Positions 46,633-60,643 of a stretch of 64,000 nucleotides of DNA are shown one piece after another. The stretch covers positions 2,304,001 to 2,368,000 of the forward strand of contig OZ253555.1 of the NCBI GenBank assembly GCA_965262725.1, given 5' to 3'. This stretch comes from Dehalococcoidia bacterium. GTDB lineage: Bacteria > Chloroflexota > Dehalococcoidia > UBA2979. The position numbers were made by a program, and so were the translations under genes. The notes below the pieces were generated by a model. That model was not told where the DNA came from. It worked only from the letters and a program-made list of their open reading frames with translations, and made no database searches. Position 1 is the first letter of the stretch; each line of letters opens with the position of its first letter.

Positions 46633-47838
46633 ATGGAAGCCATAGAGAAGTGGGTGACGCCAGGCACTTTGACCGACCCGGACGTCGTTCTGCATGCGGC
46701 AAGGATCTCTGTCTGGGGTCGCTGGTTCGTCTGGCTGGTCGGTGTCTTCCTGCTGGCCTACCGGCCGGGCTTCTGGTACCCCGACGACATCGGATTCCTG
46801 TCCATACCTGTGCTGCTGGGGATCTTCAACGGCCTTGTGCACCATCGGCTCCTGACGAACAGGCCGGTGACGTGGCGCTGGATGCTCTTCCTCAGCGCCA
46901 CGGAGATCGCCCTGATCACCGCCGGCATCGTCATCGGCGGCGGATTCAGGAGCTTCATCTTCCTGGCCTACTATCCGTCCCTCGCCGTCTTTGCCGTGGT
47001 CTTCTCGTCCCATTCGCTCAGTCTCGCTTGGACGACGGCGGTCGCCGTTGCTTACGCTGCCGTGTGCGTGCGGGTGGGCTCCGGTCTCGACCTCGATGCC
47101 GGCAACGAGAAGGTGCTGATCGCCAGGCTGGCGATGATGTACACCATCGTGCTGGGCATCAGTCTCATCATCCGGTTCGAACGCATCAGGTGGCAGACGT
47201 CGGTGGCAAGGGAGCGGGGGCTGCGGCGGGAACGCATCGAGCTCTCGCAGACGATTCACGACACGACCGCGCAGACCGCCTACATGGTTGACCTGGGGAT
47301 TCACAGGGCCCGGGAACTGGCCGGCGAGTCGAACGAGGCCCTGGTGGCCGCCCTGGATGCAACGTCCGCGCTGACACGGTCGGCCATGTGGGAGGTGAGG
47401 GGCCCCATCGACGCGGGCCACATCCTGGAGGGCAGGGAACTGGGACGGGTCTTGTGGTCGCACTGTGCGACCTTTGAAAAGATCACGGGCGTCCCTGCCG
47501 AGATGTCGCAGTCGGGAACCGAGCCCCCTCTGACCACGGAGACCCGAACCCGTCTCTTCTCCATCGCGCACAACGCGCTGACCAACGCCTTCCTGCACGC
47601 CCGGCCCGGGAGAGTCGAGGTCAGGTTGGGCTTCGAGGCCGACCAGATCAGGCTCTCCGTCTCCGACGATGGAGTGGGTCTTCCCGACGGCTACGCCGAA
47701 CGCGGGCGGGGCTTCAGCGGGATGAGGTCGGACGCCGAGCAGGTGGGTGGAGTGCTCAGCGTGGAGAGCGGCGAGGGGGCAGGAGGAACGACCATCTCCT
47801 GCGTGGTCCCACATGTCGCGGATCAAAGAGGAGGCTGA
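46633..47838 (+). CDS. Membrane sensor histidine kinase (HisKA_3, NarX/DesK-like)
   Basis: 5-6 N-terminal TMs; H-box ERIELSQTIHDTTAQ; NALTNAFLHA, DDGVG, GRGFSGMR. Confidence 0.88.
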   Translation: MEAIEKWVTPGTLTDPDVVLHAARISVWGRWFVWLVGVFLLAYRPGFWYPDDIGFLSIPVLLGIFNGLVHHRLLTNRPVTWRWMLFLSATEIALITAGIVIGGGFRSFIFLAYYPSLAVFAVVFSSHSLSLAWTTAVAVAYAAVCVRVGSGLDLDAGNEKVLIARLAMMYTIVLGISLIIRFERIRWQTSVARERGLRRERIELSQTIHDTTAQTAYMVDLGIHRARELAGESNEALVAALDATSALTRSAMWEVRGPIDAGHILEGRELGRVLWSHCATFEKITGVPAEMSQSGTEPPLTTETRTRLFSIAHNALTNAFLHARPGRVEVRLGFEADQIRLSVSDDGVGLPDGYAERGRGFSGMRSDAEQVGGVLSVESGEGAGGTTISCVVPHVADQRGG

Positions 47839-47839
47839 G

Positions 47840-48541
47840 ATGTCTACAGCAGATCGGACACGGGTGATGGTGGTGGACGACCATCCGCTCATGCGGAACG
47901 CCTTGCGGGACGTGCTGGAAGCATCGGGCCGCTTCGAGGTGGTGGGAGAGGCTGGAGATGGAGAGGAGGCGGTGAGGGCCGCCGACGAGCTGGAACCGGA
48001 GGTCATCGTCATGGATGTGATCATGCCGGGCAAGGACGGCATCGATGCCTGCCGGGAGATCATGGAGCTCTTGCCCGGCACGCGGGTCATGATGCTGACG
48101 GCTTCGACCGAAGAGGATGCGGTGGTAGAGGCGGTTGCCGCCGGCGCGACGGGCTACCTTCAGAAGCATTCACGACCGGAGGAGTTGGTGGCAATCCTTC
48201 TGGATGTGGCCGAGGGTCGGCTACGCTTTCCTGACATCGCAGTGAGGCGGGTCTTCGCGATGATCCGCGGCGAGCGCAGGCTCGTGGCCCCTCAGCCTTC
48301 GGTCAAGCTGACGGCGCTGGAACTGGAGACCCTGACGCTGTTCGCCCGCGGCACGTCTTACACCGCAATCGCCGCGGCGAGGGAGAAGAGCAAGGTGACC
48401 GTCCGCAATACCCTCTACCGCATCCAGGACAAGCTGGGCATCGGGACGAAACAGGAACTCGTGATCTGGGCTGTGCGGCACGGCCTGGTGGACGACGTCG
48501 TGGTGGGTGTTGACTCCGAGCCAGTGCCGGAGGGGCAGTGA
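47840..48541 (+). CDS. NarL/LuxR family response regulator
   Basis: VVDDHPLMR, MDVIMPGKDG, GATGYLQK; C-terminal HTH LTALELETL...TVRNTLYRIQDKL. Confidence 0.92.
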   Translation: MSTADRTRVMVVDDHPLMRNALRDVLEASGRFEVVGEAGDGEEAVRAADELEPEVIVMDVIMPGKDGIDACREIMELLPGTRVMMLTASTEEDAVVEAVAAGATGYLQKHSRPEELVAILLDVAEGRLRFPDIAVRRVFAMIRGERRLVAPQPSVKLTALELETLTLFARGTSYTAIAAAREKSKVTVRNTLYRIQDKLGIGTKQELVIWAVRHGLVDDVVVGVDSEPVPEGQ

Positions 48542-48709
48542 ACCAGCCGGCGTCCAGCGGGGCAGATCCCTCGTGTGCGGTTCCGCAGCGGCCTCTCGTG
48601 AGCGTGAGCGTGCGGGGTCTGAGGAGGCCATGCCGCTGAGCCTGAGGACGCTGGCCGAGACCCGCGGCCGGCCGGCGCTGTGCGCTGCTGTCAGCGCTGG
48701 CCGACGCGC

Positions 48710-49162
48710 CTACCGGCCACTCTCCTTCATCGACCCCTCCATGTGCAGGTCCTCGAGGTCGAAGAGCGTGCAGACCACCTCGCGATCGCCAGCGTCCTCC
48801 CACGAGTCACGGCTGGGGAAGAGCGTGTGAATGTCAAGCAGCGGGTTGGCGTAGGTTTCCCCCACGTACTCGTCGAAGTCGTCGAGGCACGGGCTGAACG
48901 CGACGGACTCGAGCTGTGTGGACCCTGGGAACCGCGCATCGTTGGGCGCCTCGACATCGATAGCCGCGAATACCTCGTACCGGTGCGGCTCGTCGCAGTC
49001 GACGAGTCCGACGTTCTCGACCTCGTCCCCGCCCCCTGGTTGAAGCAGTCTCCCACCCTTCAACGAGAACACGTGTCCCTCGCCGGAGCACGCGACAATC
49101 AAGACGGTGAGCACCGCCAGAGCCGCGATCGGTCCGCCAGGAGCACGGATCGCGACCACCAC
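48710..49162 (-). CDS. Septum-formation-family lipoprotein containing a compensated frameshift segment
   Basis: Lipobox IVAC; VDCDEPHRYEVF, C..FDEYVG, PSRDSW..GDREVVC; the family motif VGDCFN lies in the neighbouring frame at 49039-49056. Confidence 0.75.
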   Translation of the reverse strand: MVVAIRAPGGPIAALAVLTVLIVACSGEGHVFSLKGGRLLQPGGGDEVENVGLVDCDEPHRYEVFAAIDVEAPNDARFPGSTQLESVAFSPCLDDFDEYVGETYANPLLDIHTLFPSRDSWEDAGDREVVCTLFDLEDLHMEGSMKESGR

Positions 49163-49343
49163 CAGCGGGCCTCGCTGGCCTCGTCGCGCGGGGTGTCGGA
49201 TTCGTACTGGACTGAGTGGTACGTCATCGGCAGTTCCGCTGCGGTAAGCGGTCCCTCAGCGTCACACCGCGCGGGGGCGCCGGCATCGCGGCCCACCTCA
49301 CCGTGGAAGGACATCCGTCCGCTCCGGTCCGGTCCGGGCGGCT

Positions 49344-50606
49344 CTACTCGAGGCTGATGGGCACGATCGCCTGCTCGACGATCGCGCCGCCGACATACGC
49401 CCAGATGCCCACGTGACCGTTCGTCACGTCCCCGTCGGCGTTCCAGTCGAGGGTCGTCGCCGCGCCCTCGTAGTTGACGTCGTTCCCGTCGCGCACGGCC
49501 TCGAGGCCCCCCTCGATGCCCGCGGCTCCGGGGAGCACGGCGAGGCCGGGAGGCGAGGCCACGCTCACCAGCGCATCGCGGAGGGCGGCTCCCTCGAGGG
49601 AGCCGGCGGCCTCCGCGGCGAGCGCGATCGCGATCGTGGCGTCGTAGGCCTCCCGCACGAACGGGAGGGACGGCAGGTCGCCGAAGGCGGCGATGTAGGC
49701 CTGGTTCCACGCCTGCGAGGCCTCTGTGTCGGGGGAGGCGGGAGCGGTGCCGGGCGAGCCCTCGAGGAACTCCGCTCCGATCGCCTCGACGAGATCCTCG
49801 CTCTTCGTGCCGTCGACGAAGACGAACCTCTCGAAGAGACCGCTCTCGAGCGCCTCGCGGATGTAGACCTTCGCCTGCGCGGGGAAGCTGATCGCGACCA
49901 GGTGCTGGGCGCCTCCGCGGGCCGCCTGCTGCAGCTCGGCGAGGTAGGAAGGCTGTCCGTCCTCGTGCGACACCAACGTCGCCGTGCCGGTGAAGCTCGC
50001 CGCGAATCCGTCGGCGAGGCCCTGCCCGTAGGCGTCGTTGAGGTAGAGCACGGCGACGTTGTCGATGCCGATCGTGCTCACCATCTGGGCAAGCACGGGC
50101 GCCTGTGCCGCGTCGGAGATCGTGCTCCGGAAGAGGAAGCCGTCGTCCTCGGCCACCGTCACGGAGGGAGAGGTGGCCGACGGCGAGATCGTGGGCACGC
50201 CGGCCGCGCCCGTCACGCTCTCCGCGACGGCGATCGTCACCGAACTCGAGAGCGGCCCGACGATCGCGTGCACGCCCTCGACCTCCACGAGGCGCCGCGC
50301 CTCTTCGACGCCGATGTTCGTATCGACCTGCGTGTCGCCGGTGACGAGGACGACGTTGCGGCCGTTCACGCCGCCGGCGTCGTTGACGTGCTGGATCGCG
50401 AGCTCGACGGCCATCTGGAGCGCGGGCCCGAACTCGGCCAGCGGACCGGTGAAATCGCCGAGGAAGCCGATCTTCAGCTCTTCGCCTTCCTGCTCGTCGC
50501 TTTCCTCGCCGCAGGCCGGGGCCAGCGCCATGGCCATCGCGGCCGCGGCAACGAGCAGGACGGCCGCGATCCGCGCGAGTCCGCGCCGGCTGCGAATGTC
50601 GAGCAT
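49344..50606 (-). CDS. ABC transporter substrate-binding lipoprotein (branched-chain amino acid/LivJ type)
   Basis: Lipobox LAPAC; KIGFLGDFTGPLA, NDAGGVNG, ISPSATSP, FRSTISD, NDAYGQGL. Confidence 0.88.
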   Translation of the reverse strand: MLDIRSRRGLARIAAVLLVAAAAMAMALAPACGEESDEQEGEELKIGFLGDFTGPLAEFGPALQMAVELAIQHVNDAGGVNGRNVVLVTGDTQVDTNIGVEEARRLVEVEGVHAIVGPLSSSVTIAVAESVTGAAGVPTISPSATSPSVTVAEDDGFLFRSTISDAAQAPVLAQMVSTIGIDNVAVLYLNDAYGQGLADGFAASFTGTATLVSHEDGQPSYLAELQQAARGGAQHLVAISFPAQAKVYIREALESGLFERFVFVDGTKSEDLVEAIGAEFLEGSPGTAPASPDTEASQAWNQAYIAAFGDLPSLPFVREAYDATIAIALAAEAAGSLEGAALRDALVSVASPPGLAVLPGAAGIEGGLEAVRDGNDVNYEGAATTLDWNADGDVTNGHVGIWAYVGGAIVEQAIVPISLE

Positions 50607-50893
50607 CGAAGGCTCCCCCCTGATAGACCGGGAAGCGACTCGGGAACGCTCCCGCAGTCTTCGACCGTTCTGATGCTACGTGCGCCGCGAGGGCACCGGC
50701 AGGTCGCATCACACCAATCTGCCATGGCGGAAGTGATCGGCGATGTGGGTACAGGTGAACGCTGCCAGGTCTTGCGGATGGCCCAGTGCTCCGCATGGCG
50801 CTCGAGCGACCCAGCCGTCGTGCTGGCCGGGCAGCAGCTCCGGCGGTCAGGCGCGAGCGGCCGATGCAGGCGCCGCACCCCGCACCCGGGGAG

Positions 50894-54829
<3,936 letters not shown>

Positions 54830-55383
54830 CCCATAGCCTCCGCGGTCGCGATGATTGATGGATGGGGCGCGAGCCCGGCCGGACGGGGAATCCGCCCGTG
54901 ACGCTCGACCGGCCTCAATCGCCAAGCGGGATCGCCAGATGCCAGCGAGGGATAGAGCTCGAGAGAACCTGCCCCCTCGTTACTGGGGCGCGCAGCTCAG
55001 ATGGACCGCTTCTGGGAAGTGGCGGGAACCGCGGAGCGTGCCGTGCCTCTGTCCTCGGGGACACCGACGTACGCGGCAATCTCCCACGGCGGATGAGGTC
55101 ATGCTCGAGCCCTTCACGTCCATCTACCAGCAAGGCTCCGGCGAACTCATCAGCCCCCCGTTCGACGCGGCCCCCGAACATGGTGTGCTCCGGCATCAGG
55201 AGGTGTTCTCCGCGTGCAGGAACGTGCGTCCGATGGCGTGCGCGATCATCCACCGCCACCTCGGCAGGCCGAGGCGTTGCCCCGTTCGGCCACATAGCTG
55301 GTCCGCATCTGCTCCCGTTTCACCCACGGCGCGCGGCCCGACGCACCCCGGTAGGTTGTCCGCCATCGCAGCTGTCGACGTGT

Positions 55384-55582
55384 GATTCTGACACTCCCCT
55401 GCTGTGATGAAATAGGTGCTAGTGACTACTCTGGGCGTGAACCTTTGCTCGCCCATGAGTCCACACTCGGCCTATTTGTCTTGATACAATGTGCTCGCGT
55501 CTCACATGAACAAGTGATGCAAGTGTTCAGTGGTAAACGCCGCGGGATTGCGCGGCTATACAGGGGGTGTCGGTCTGTCATG
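55384..55582. repeat. Conserved ~200-bp low-GC noncoding element, copy B
   Basis: Homologous to 46374-46573 (offset 9010); contains TGaTACAAT extended -10 at 55482-55490. Confidence 0.85.
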
Positions 55583-55917
55583 GTCGCGGCGTCGATGCTC
55601 TCACATGAAGGGCGCGGTCACGGGAGGACTGGCGTGTTCAGGGCAGAACGCCGTCACGCTGCGGGCTCGGTTTCCGACCGGAGACTGCGACGCAGTGGAG
55701 GGTGGGTGTGCGGGCGGAGGTGGCACGCAGGGCCCCGCAGCCGACTGCCGCAGGTCCTCGCACAGAGTGGAAGGTGCCTCGCTGACTCTGGGATAATGGT
55801 GTCTGACGGCCTTCCGCCCCTGACGCCGCTGACCGCCAGGAGCGGCGCTCCGCCGGCCACACCGGGGCGGGAGCGCCGCAGGACCGCATTCCGGGATTCA
55901 CGGAGAGGGAGGATGTG

Positions 55918-56175
55918 ATGCCTACATTCACGAAGATGGACCCTGCTGATGTCGCCGTCGGGCGCGGGCGCGCCGCCGCGAAGATGCGGCAGCCATACAT
56001 CGAGGCGCTGAACGCGGGCGACGCAGGGAGCGTGGAGCTTGAGCGCGGCGAGAAGCCGGCGACCGTGAAGCGGCTGCTTCAGGAAGCGGCACGTCATGCG
56101 AACGTCCGCATCCGCTCCTCGTGGGCTGACAGCCAGCAGCGCATGCTGGTGTGGAAGAAGGTTGGCACGCGCTAG
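55918..56175 (+). CDS. Small basic hypothetical protein, possibly nucleic-acid binding (85 aa)
   Basis: Strong RBS GGAGGA; GATAAT -10 about 120 bp upstream; basic amphipathic helix KPATVKRLLQEAARH. Confidence 0.7.
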   Translation: MPTFTKMDPADVAVGRGRAAAKMRQPYIEALNAGDAGSVELERGEKPATVKRLLQEAARHANVRIRSSWADSQQRMLVWKKVGTR

Positions 56176-56182
56176 GCCCGTG

Positions 56183-56314
56183 CATCTCGCGGTGGGTCGC
56201 GCCTTCTGGAACCGGTTCAGCGACATTCGGATGGTGGCGGTGAACCTCCATCTGAAGTTTCCGGTCTCGGTGGTCGGCGGGCTCCTGAGCGTACCGACGG
56301 TGGAGTTCCCGGGG
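56183..56314 (+). pseudogene. Possible fragment of a PD-(D/E)XK restriction endonuclease
   Basis: RAFWNRFSDIRMVAVNLHLKFPVSVVGGLL resembles the NR...NxHxxxP segment of type II REase-like proteins; no start codon. Confidence 0.3.
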
Positions 56315-56539
56315 CTGCGCCGAAGTCAACGCTTCCGTTGGTCACCAGGGGGCATCGAGCGCCTCCCCGAGCAGGCGAGCGGCGCACGGAGCATCTCCTG
56401 GAATCCGTGGCATCGTCTTCGATCCGTATGCCGGCCGGCTTGATCCGGGGATACCTCCGGTCGGCAGCGGTGTGCGCTGGGACGAGTAGTGACGGGGCCC
56501 CGCGCTCGAAGCCGGGGCGAGTGCTCAAGGGGATCGGTC

Positions 56540-57256
56540 ATGAACGCGCGCGTTGCCGACACCGCCCGGTTCTACGACCTTCTCGACCGCCTGGCAGTCC
56601 GCGTCGGCGGCCTCCGCGTGCTGGCCGACTGCACCGGCAGGATGAGATGGCCGCAGCGGGGGGTCTACTTCTTCTACGAGGCCGGCGAAACGCGCTCCGG
56701 CTCGGGCAGCGGACGCCGGGTCGTGCGTGTCGGGACGCACGCGCTGGTGAGCGGCTCCCGGGCCACCCTCTGGCGCCGTCTGTCGTAGCACCGGGGGTCG
56801 GCCCGGTCCCGGGGCGGCAACCACCGTGGATCGATCTTCCGCCTGCTCGTGGGCGCCGCCCTGGCCCGGCAGGGGGATCTCCCCCTCCCGCCCTCCTGGG
56901 GCCGTCGCGGACGGCGGCCCGGCCTGGACCGGGCCGCGCTCAAGCGGGACGAGTCGGGCCTTGAGGCGCTGGTCAGTCGCAGGATCGGGGCCATGCCGTT
57001 CCTCTGGCTGGGCGTGGACGACGCGCCGGGGCCCGGCAGCCAACGCACCCTGATCGAACGCAACGCGATCGCACTGCTCAGCGGCGACGCGGAGTCGGCA
57101 CTCGACCCACCGTCGCCGGGCTGGCTCGGACTCCACAGCGATCGCGAGCCCGTGCGCCGCTCCGGCCTCTGGAACAACCGCCATACGGACGAAAGCTACG
57201 ACCCGGCGTTCCTCGACGTGCTCGAGGAGCGGGTCGAGGAGATTCAACCGCCGTAG
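56540..57256 (+). pseudogene. GIY-YIG-like nuclease interrupted by an in-frame TAG
   Basis: RGVYFFYE...VVRVGTH...LWRRLS*HRG...NHRGSIFRLLVG...IERNAIALL...SGLWN; both halves in the same frame, stop at 56786-56788. Confidence 0.7.
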
Positions 57257-57482
57257 CAAGCGGTAACACCGACCGACTGCCCACTATCCGGTCACAAGCG
57301 TCCCGGGCGCCCGACCAGCATGGGACGTAGCGCCACGCAGGAGGACGACGGACGACCACTGACTCCCGCTCGACTTCGGCAAGCTGACCAGCGACGGATG
57401 CTGCGTGTCGCTAGTAGCTGTGCCAGTAGAGGTCCAGGTGTCCCTGCGGGTCATATCCAGTGTCTCCCCAGCACACCGCCTA

Positions 57483-57687
57483 GTAGCGTCCCAAGAAGTG
57501 GTGTCACAGGCTGGGAGACGGTCTCCGCAGGGGATCTACAACCCACCATGCCGCCGTGCAGGTGGAGGTAAGAGACCACCGCGCCATCCTTCACGGAGGA
57601 CGACGGTGGTCACAGAAGGCGTGGACGTGTTGGAGCTGCTCCGCAAGCAGGCATCGGGAGCTGACCTCGATTGCCTGCGCGAAGCGG
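57483..57687 (+). mobile_element. IS256-family remnant (left end plus about 27 transposase codons)
   Basis: End-like GCGTCCCAAGAAGTGGTGT; GGAGGA RBS then MVTEGVDVLELLRKQASGADLDCLREA. Confidence 0.55.
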
Positions 57688-57800
57688 CCGTGCTCGCCAC
57701 CAGTTGGGAAACGCTGGCTGGCGACGGCCGGACCTGGGTCTTCAACCTGCGCGAGGCCAGTGGTCGAACGGCGGGAAGTTCACGGCCGAGGACGGGAGCG
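57688..57800 (+). pseudogene. Fragment of a family-5 (OppA/DppA) solute-binding protein
   Basis: LATSWETLAGDGRTWVFNLRE then, frameshifted, QWSNGGKFTAED; matches LAxSW...DGxTWxFxLR...WSDGxxFTAED. Confidence 0.6.
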
Positions 57801-58208
57801 AACTTCCCGTTCACGCTGGAGTTCCAGGCACCTACGCGATCTCCGACAGCTCATGACCGGCGACGGTAGCACCGGGGTGCACCGGCAACGTTCCAGTGCC
57901 GGAGCGTTTCGGGGCGGGCGCCTGTCCGGCCAGCCGACGACCTCGTCGCCGTCTGCCGCAGCGTGTTCGTCGACTACGCGCGGGTTCCGTCATCGGGTCT
58001 CCGCGCCCGGAGGAGTCGCTGTCCCAGCGATGTGTGGCGTGGCCCGCAGGTTCCCGATCGCGACCTCGGCCCGCTGCCCCAGCGGTGACCCAGCCCGGCG
58101 TGGCGCGCCGGAAGCGAGTCTCGTCCCAAGCACATCCCCAGGGCATGGAGACACCCGAAGCCAGCCTGAACGCCGAGCCGAGAGCTACTCGATCGGTGCG
58201 GGCCCGAA

Positions 58209-59525
58209 GTGACGACTCTGCGGCCGCTCGGCGAGGTGCTCGCAAACGACAGCTTCCGGCGGCTCTGTGTTGTCGGCTCCGTGACCTCGACACTGCGGAC
58301 CCTCTGGGTCATCTGGCTGGTGCTATGGGTGTGCAACGCGTCGCACTTCCCCGAGACCTTCCCCGTGGGGCCCTTCCTCGCCGGCGAGATGATCCTGCTC
58401 GTTCTATCCGGGTTCGTGCTCGGGACGATCGCCGACCGCGTGTCGAGACAGAAGCTTCTCGTCGCCAGCCTTCTCACTCTCGCGGCCGTGTGGACGGCGT
58501 TCGGCCTGCTGTGCATCACGGACCGCCTCGAGCTGTGGCACGTGGTCGTCGGCGCGCTTGTCGTACCGATCGCCTGGGCAGGCGAGTTTGTCGCCAGGCG
58601 CGCCATGATCGGCGATGTCGTACGGCCCCACGTCGTCGGGCGCGCGGTGGCCCTCGACACCGGTGCGATCGTCCTTTCCCAGATGCTTGGGCTGCTCATC
58701 CACCATCGGGTCGTGTTCCACTGGGAGGTGGCGTTCTTCGTTGTATCAGCCGTCTTCGCGGCCGCAGCCCTCGTCGTCGTCTCGATGCGCTACACGCCGC
58801 CCGCCCGCGACAGGGCGCGCGCCTCGCCCCTCCGCGACGTGGCGGATGCCTTCGGCTGCGTCCGTGCCAGCCCACTGCTGATGGGCGTTCTCGCGGTGAG
58901 CGTCGCGATGACCCTCGGCTTCCCGTTCCTGCGCGTGGCCTTCCCTTACCTCTCCATGGCCAGCAGCGACTACATCCTTTCACAGCTCGATCCGTACCCA
59001 CACTTCTATTACTTCGAGCCCATGTGGGTGCCGGGTCTGGGCGCCTTCACCAAGGTGTGGGGGCTGAGCGCGGCGGTGGGGGCGGTGGTGGTAGCGGTGC
59101 TCGCACCACCGCACTCTTACTCCCGCATCTACTATTTCGGCGCGATCTTGTTCGTCATCTGCCTGCAGCTGCTCGGCCGCTCGGAGTCGTACGCGATCTC
59201 AGTGGCCTTGCTCTGTCTCGCCGGGGTCGGGATCGCGAGCTTCGAGACGATGCAGACGACGCTGGTCGTCGCGGCGGTGCCGCCGCAGATGCGCGGGCGA
59301 GCGATGGGAGCGCTCTTGCTCACGTTCGCCCCGTACGAGCTGGTGGCCGTCGGCGTCGGTGGCGGCGCCGTACTCCTCCAACCGATGGCCATGACGCTAT
59401 CGGCGACCGGGGGACTCATCGTGCTCGCGCTTGTCGGCCTCGCGTGGCCGCTTGTGCGGCGTCGGGGCGGCGTAGGACTGGGTAGGGACACAAGCGCCGC
59501 GAACCCGCATGACTCGCATGAGTAG
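58209..59525 (+). CDS. MFS transporter
   Basis: GTIADRVSRQKLL motif A; about 12 hydrophobic helices; VPPQMRGRAMG. Confidence 0.82.
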   Translation: MTTLRPLGEVLANDSFRRLCVVGSVTSTLRTLWVIWLVLWVCNASHFPETFPVGPFLAGEMILLVLSGFVLGTIADRVSRQKLLVASLLTLAAVWTAFGLLCITDRLELWHVVVGALVVPIAWAGEFVARRAMIGDVVRPHVVGRAVALDTGAIVLSQMLGLLIHHRVVFHWEVAFFVVSAVFAAAALVVVSMRYTPPARDRARASPLRDVADAFGCVRASPLLMGVLAVSVAMTLGFPFLRVAFPYLSMASSDYILSQLDPYPHFYYFEPMWVPGLGAFTKVWGLSAAVGAVVVAVLAPPHSYSRIYYFGAILFVICLQLLGRSESYAISVALLCLAGVGIASFETMQTTLVVAAVPPQMRGRAMGALLLTFAPYELVAVGVGGGAVLLQPMAMTLSATGGLIVLALVGLAWPLVRRRGGVGLGRDTSAANPHDSHE

Positions 59526-59549
59526 TGGCACCGGGAGGATCCATCGCCG

Positions 59550-59719
59550 ATGCGCGCCGGCAGGTACGTAGCGGGGGCCACGGCAGCCCTGGCGGTCATC
59601 GCGGCGCTGGTCGTACTCGCCTGCGCCCCGCTACCGACGTACCAGTATCAGTACGTGTGGCATGACGCTCCCCTGGACCCCGTGTCCGGGGACTGGTGCC
59701 TGGTGGGTGGTCACCATGG
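59550..59719 (+). pseudogene. Truncated lipoprotein 5' fragment
   Basis: GGAGG RBS, signal peptide and lipobox VLAC; sequence switches abruptly to hsdM at about 59720. Confidence 0.45.
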
Positions 59720-60379
59720 AGCAGGGTGTTCGCCAACGAGGACTTCGGCTACCGCAAAGTGACCGTCGAGCGACCGCTGCGCCTCAACTTCGCGGCCACC
59801 GAGGAGCGCATCGCTCGCATCGAGGACGAGCGCGCGTTCCAGAACCTCGCGAAGAGCAAGAAGCGCCCTGGCCCCGCACACGATGCCGAGGTCGCCGAGG
59901 GTCAGGCGCGACAGGAGGCGATCCGCGACCTGCTGCGGTCGCTCGCCGGCCAGACGGGCGGCGCGGTGGTGCGCGACCGCGAGACGTTCGTCGAGGTGCT
60001 GCGCGGCGCCGAGGCGGCCGCGCGCGTGAAATTAGCAGCACCGGAGCGCAAGGCGGTGCTCGCCGCACTCGGCGAGCGCGACCCGGCCGCCGACGTCTGC
60101 CGTGACCGCCGCGGCAACCCCGAGCCGGACACCGAGCTGCGCGACACGGAAACCGTACCGCTGGCCGAGGAAGTAGACGCCTACATCGCGCGCGAGGTGC
60201 TGCCGCACGTGCCGGACGGGTGGGTCGACGAGAGCAAGACGAAGGTCGGCTACGAGATCCCGCTCAACCGTCACTTCTACGTGTACGAGCCGCCTCGCCC
60301 GCTCGAGGAGATCGAGGCGGACCTGCAGGCGCTGGAGCAGGAGATAGCGGGCCTGCTCTCCGATGTCGTGAGAAGCTGA
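59720..60379 (+). pseudogene. hsdM: C-terminal fragment of a type I restriction-modification M subunit
   Basis: SRVFANEDFGYRKVTVERPLRL, ELRDTETVPL, REVLPHVPDGW, KVGYEIPLNRHFYVYEPPRPLEEI; methyltransferase core absent. Confidence 0.85.
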
Positions 60380-60643
60380 TGCACTACCGGTTCCTGCCGG
60401 GATGCGTCCGATAGACTAGGTGGGGAGAGGCGCTACCGCTTCTTCTTCTACGCGAGCGATCGGGAGGAACCGCCGCACGTCCACGTTGAGCGCGACCGGC
60501 AGACGGCCAAGTTCTGGCTGCGGCCGGTCAGGCTCCAACGCAGCGGAGGGCTGAGGCCGTCCGAGATACGGCGCATCACGAGGACCGTCGTCGACAACGA
60601 GACGCTGTTCATGGAGGCGTGGAATGAGCGTTTCAATGCTTGA
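60379..60643 (+). pseudogene. DUF4160 (DhiT-like) putative toxin with damaged 5' end
   Basis: YRFFFYASDREEPPHVHV...AKFWL...AWNERF in frame 60431-60643; no in-frame start codon upstream. Confidence 0.75.

Noticed and set aside
55030-55230. Coding-like fragment DEVMLEPFTSIYQQGSGELISPPF, plus similar debris at 61600-62160 and 63490-63640
   Set aside because: No start/stop context or recognisable family; cannot be supported as features
55382-55918. 178-aa ORF as the explanation for conservation of the 200-bp element
   Set aside because: The equivalent frame in copy A hits TAG after 14 codons, and mismatches do not appear confined to third positions
56786-56788. Pyrrolysine or recoded TAG
   Set aside because: Many core genes here end in TAG, no pyl genes are visible, and a CAG>TAG mutation is simpler
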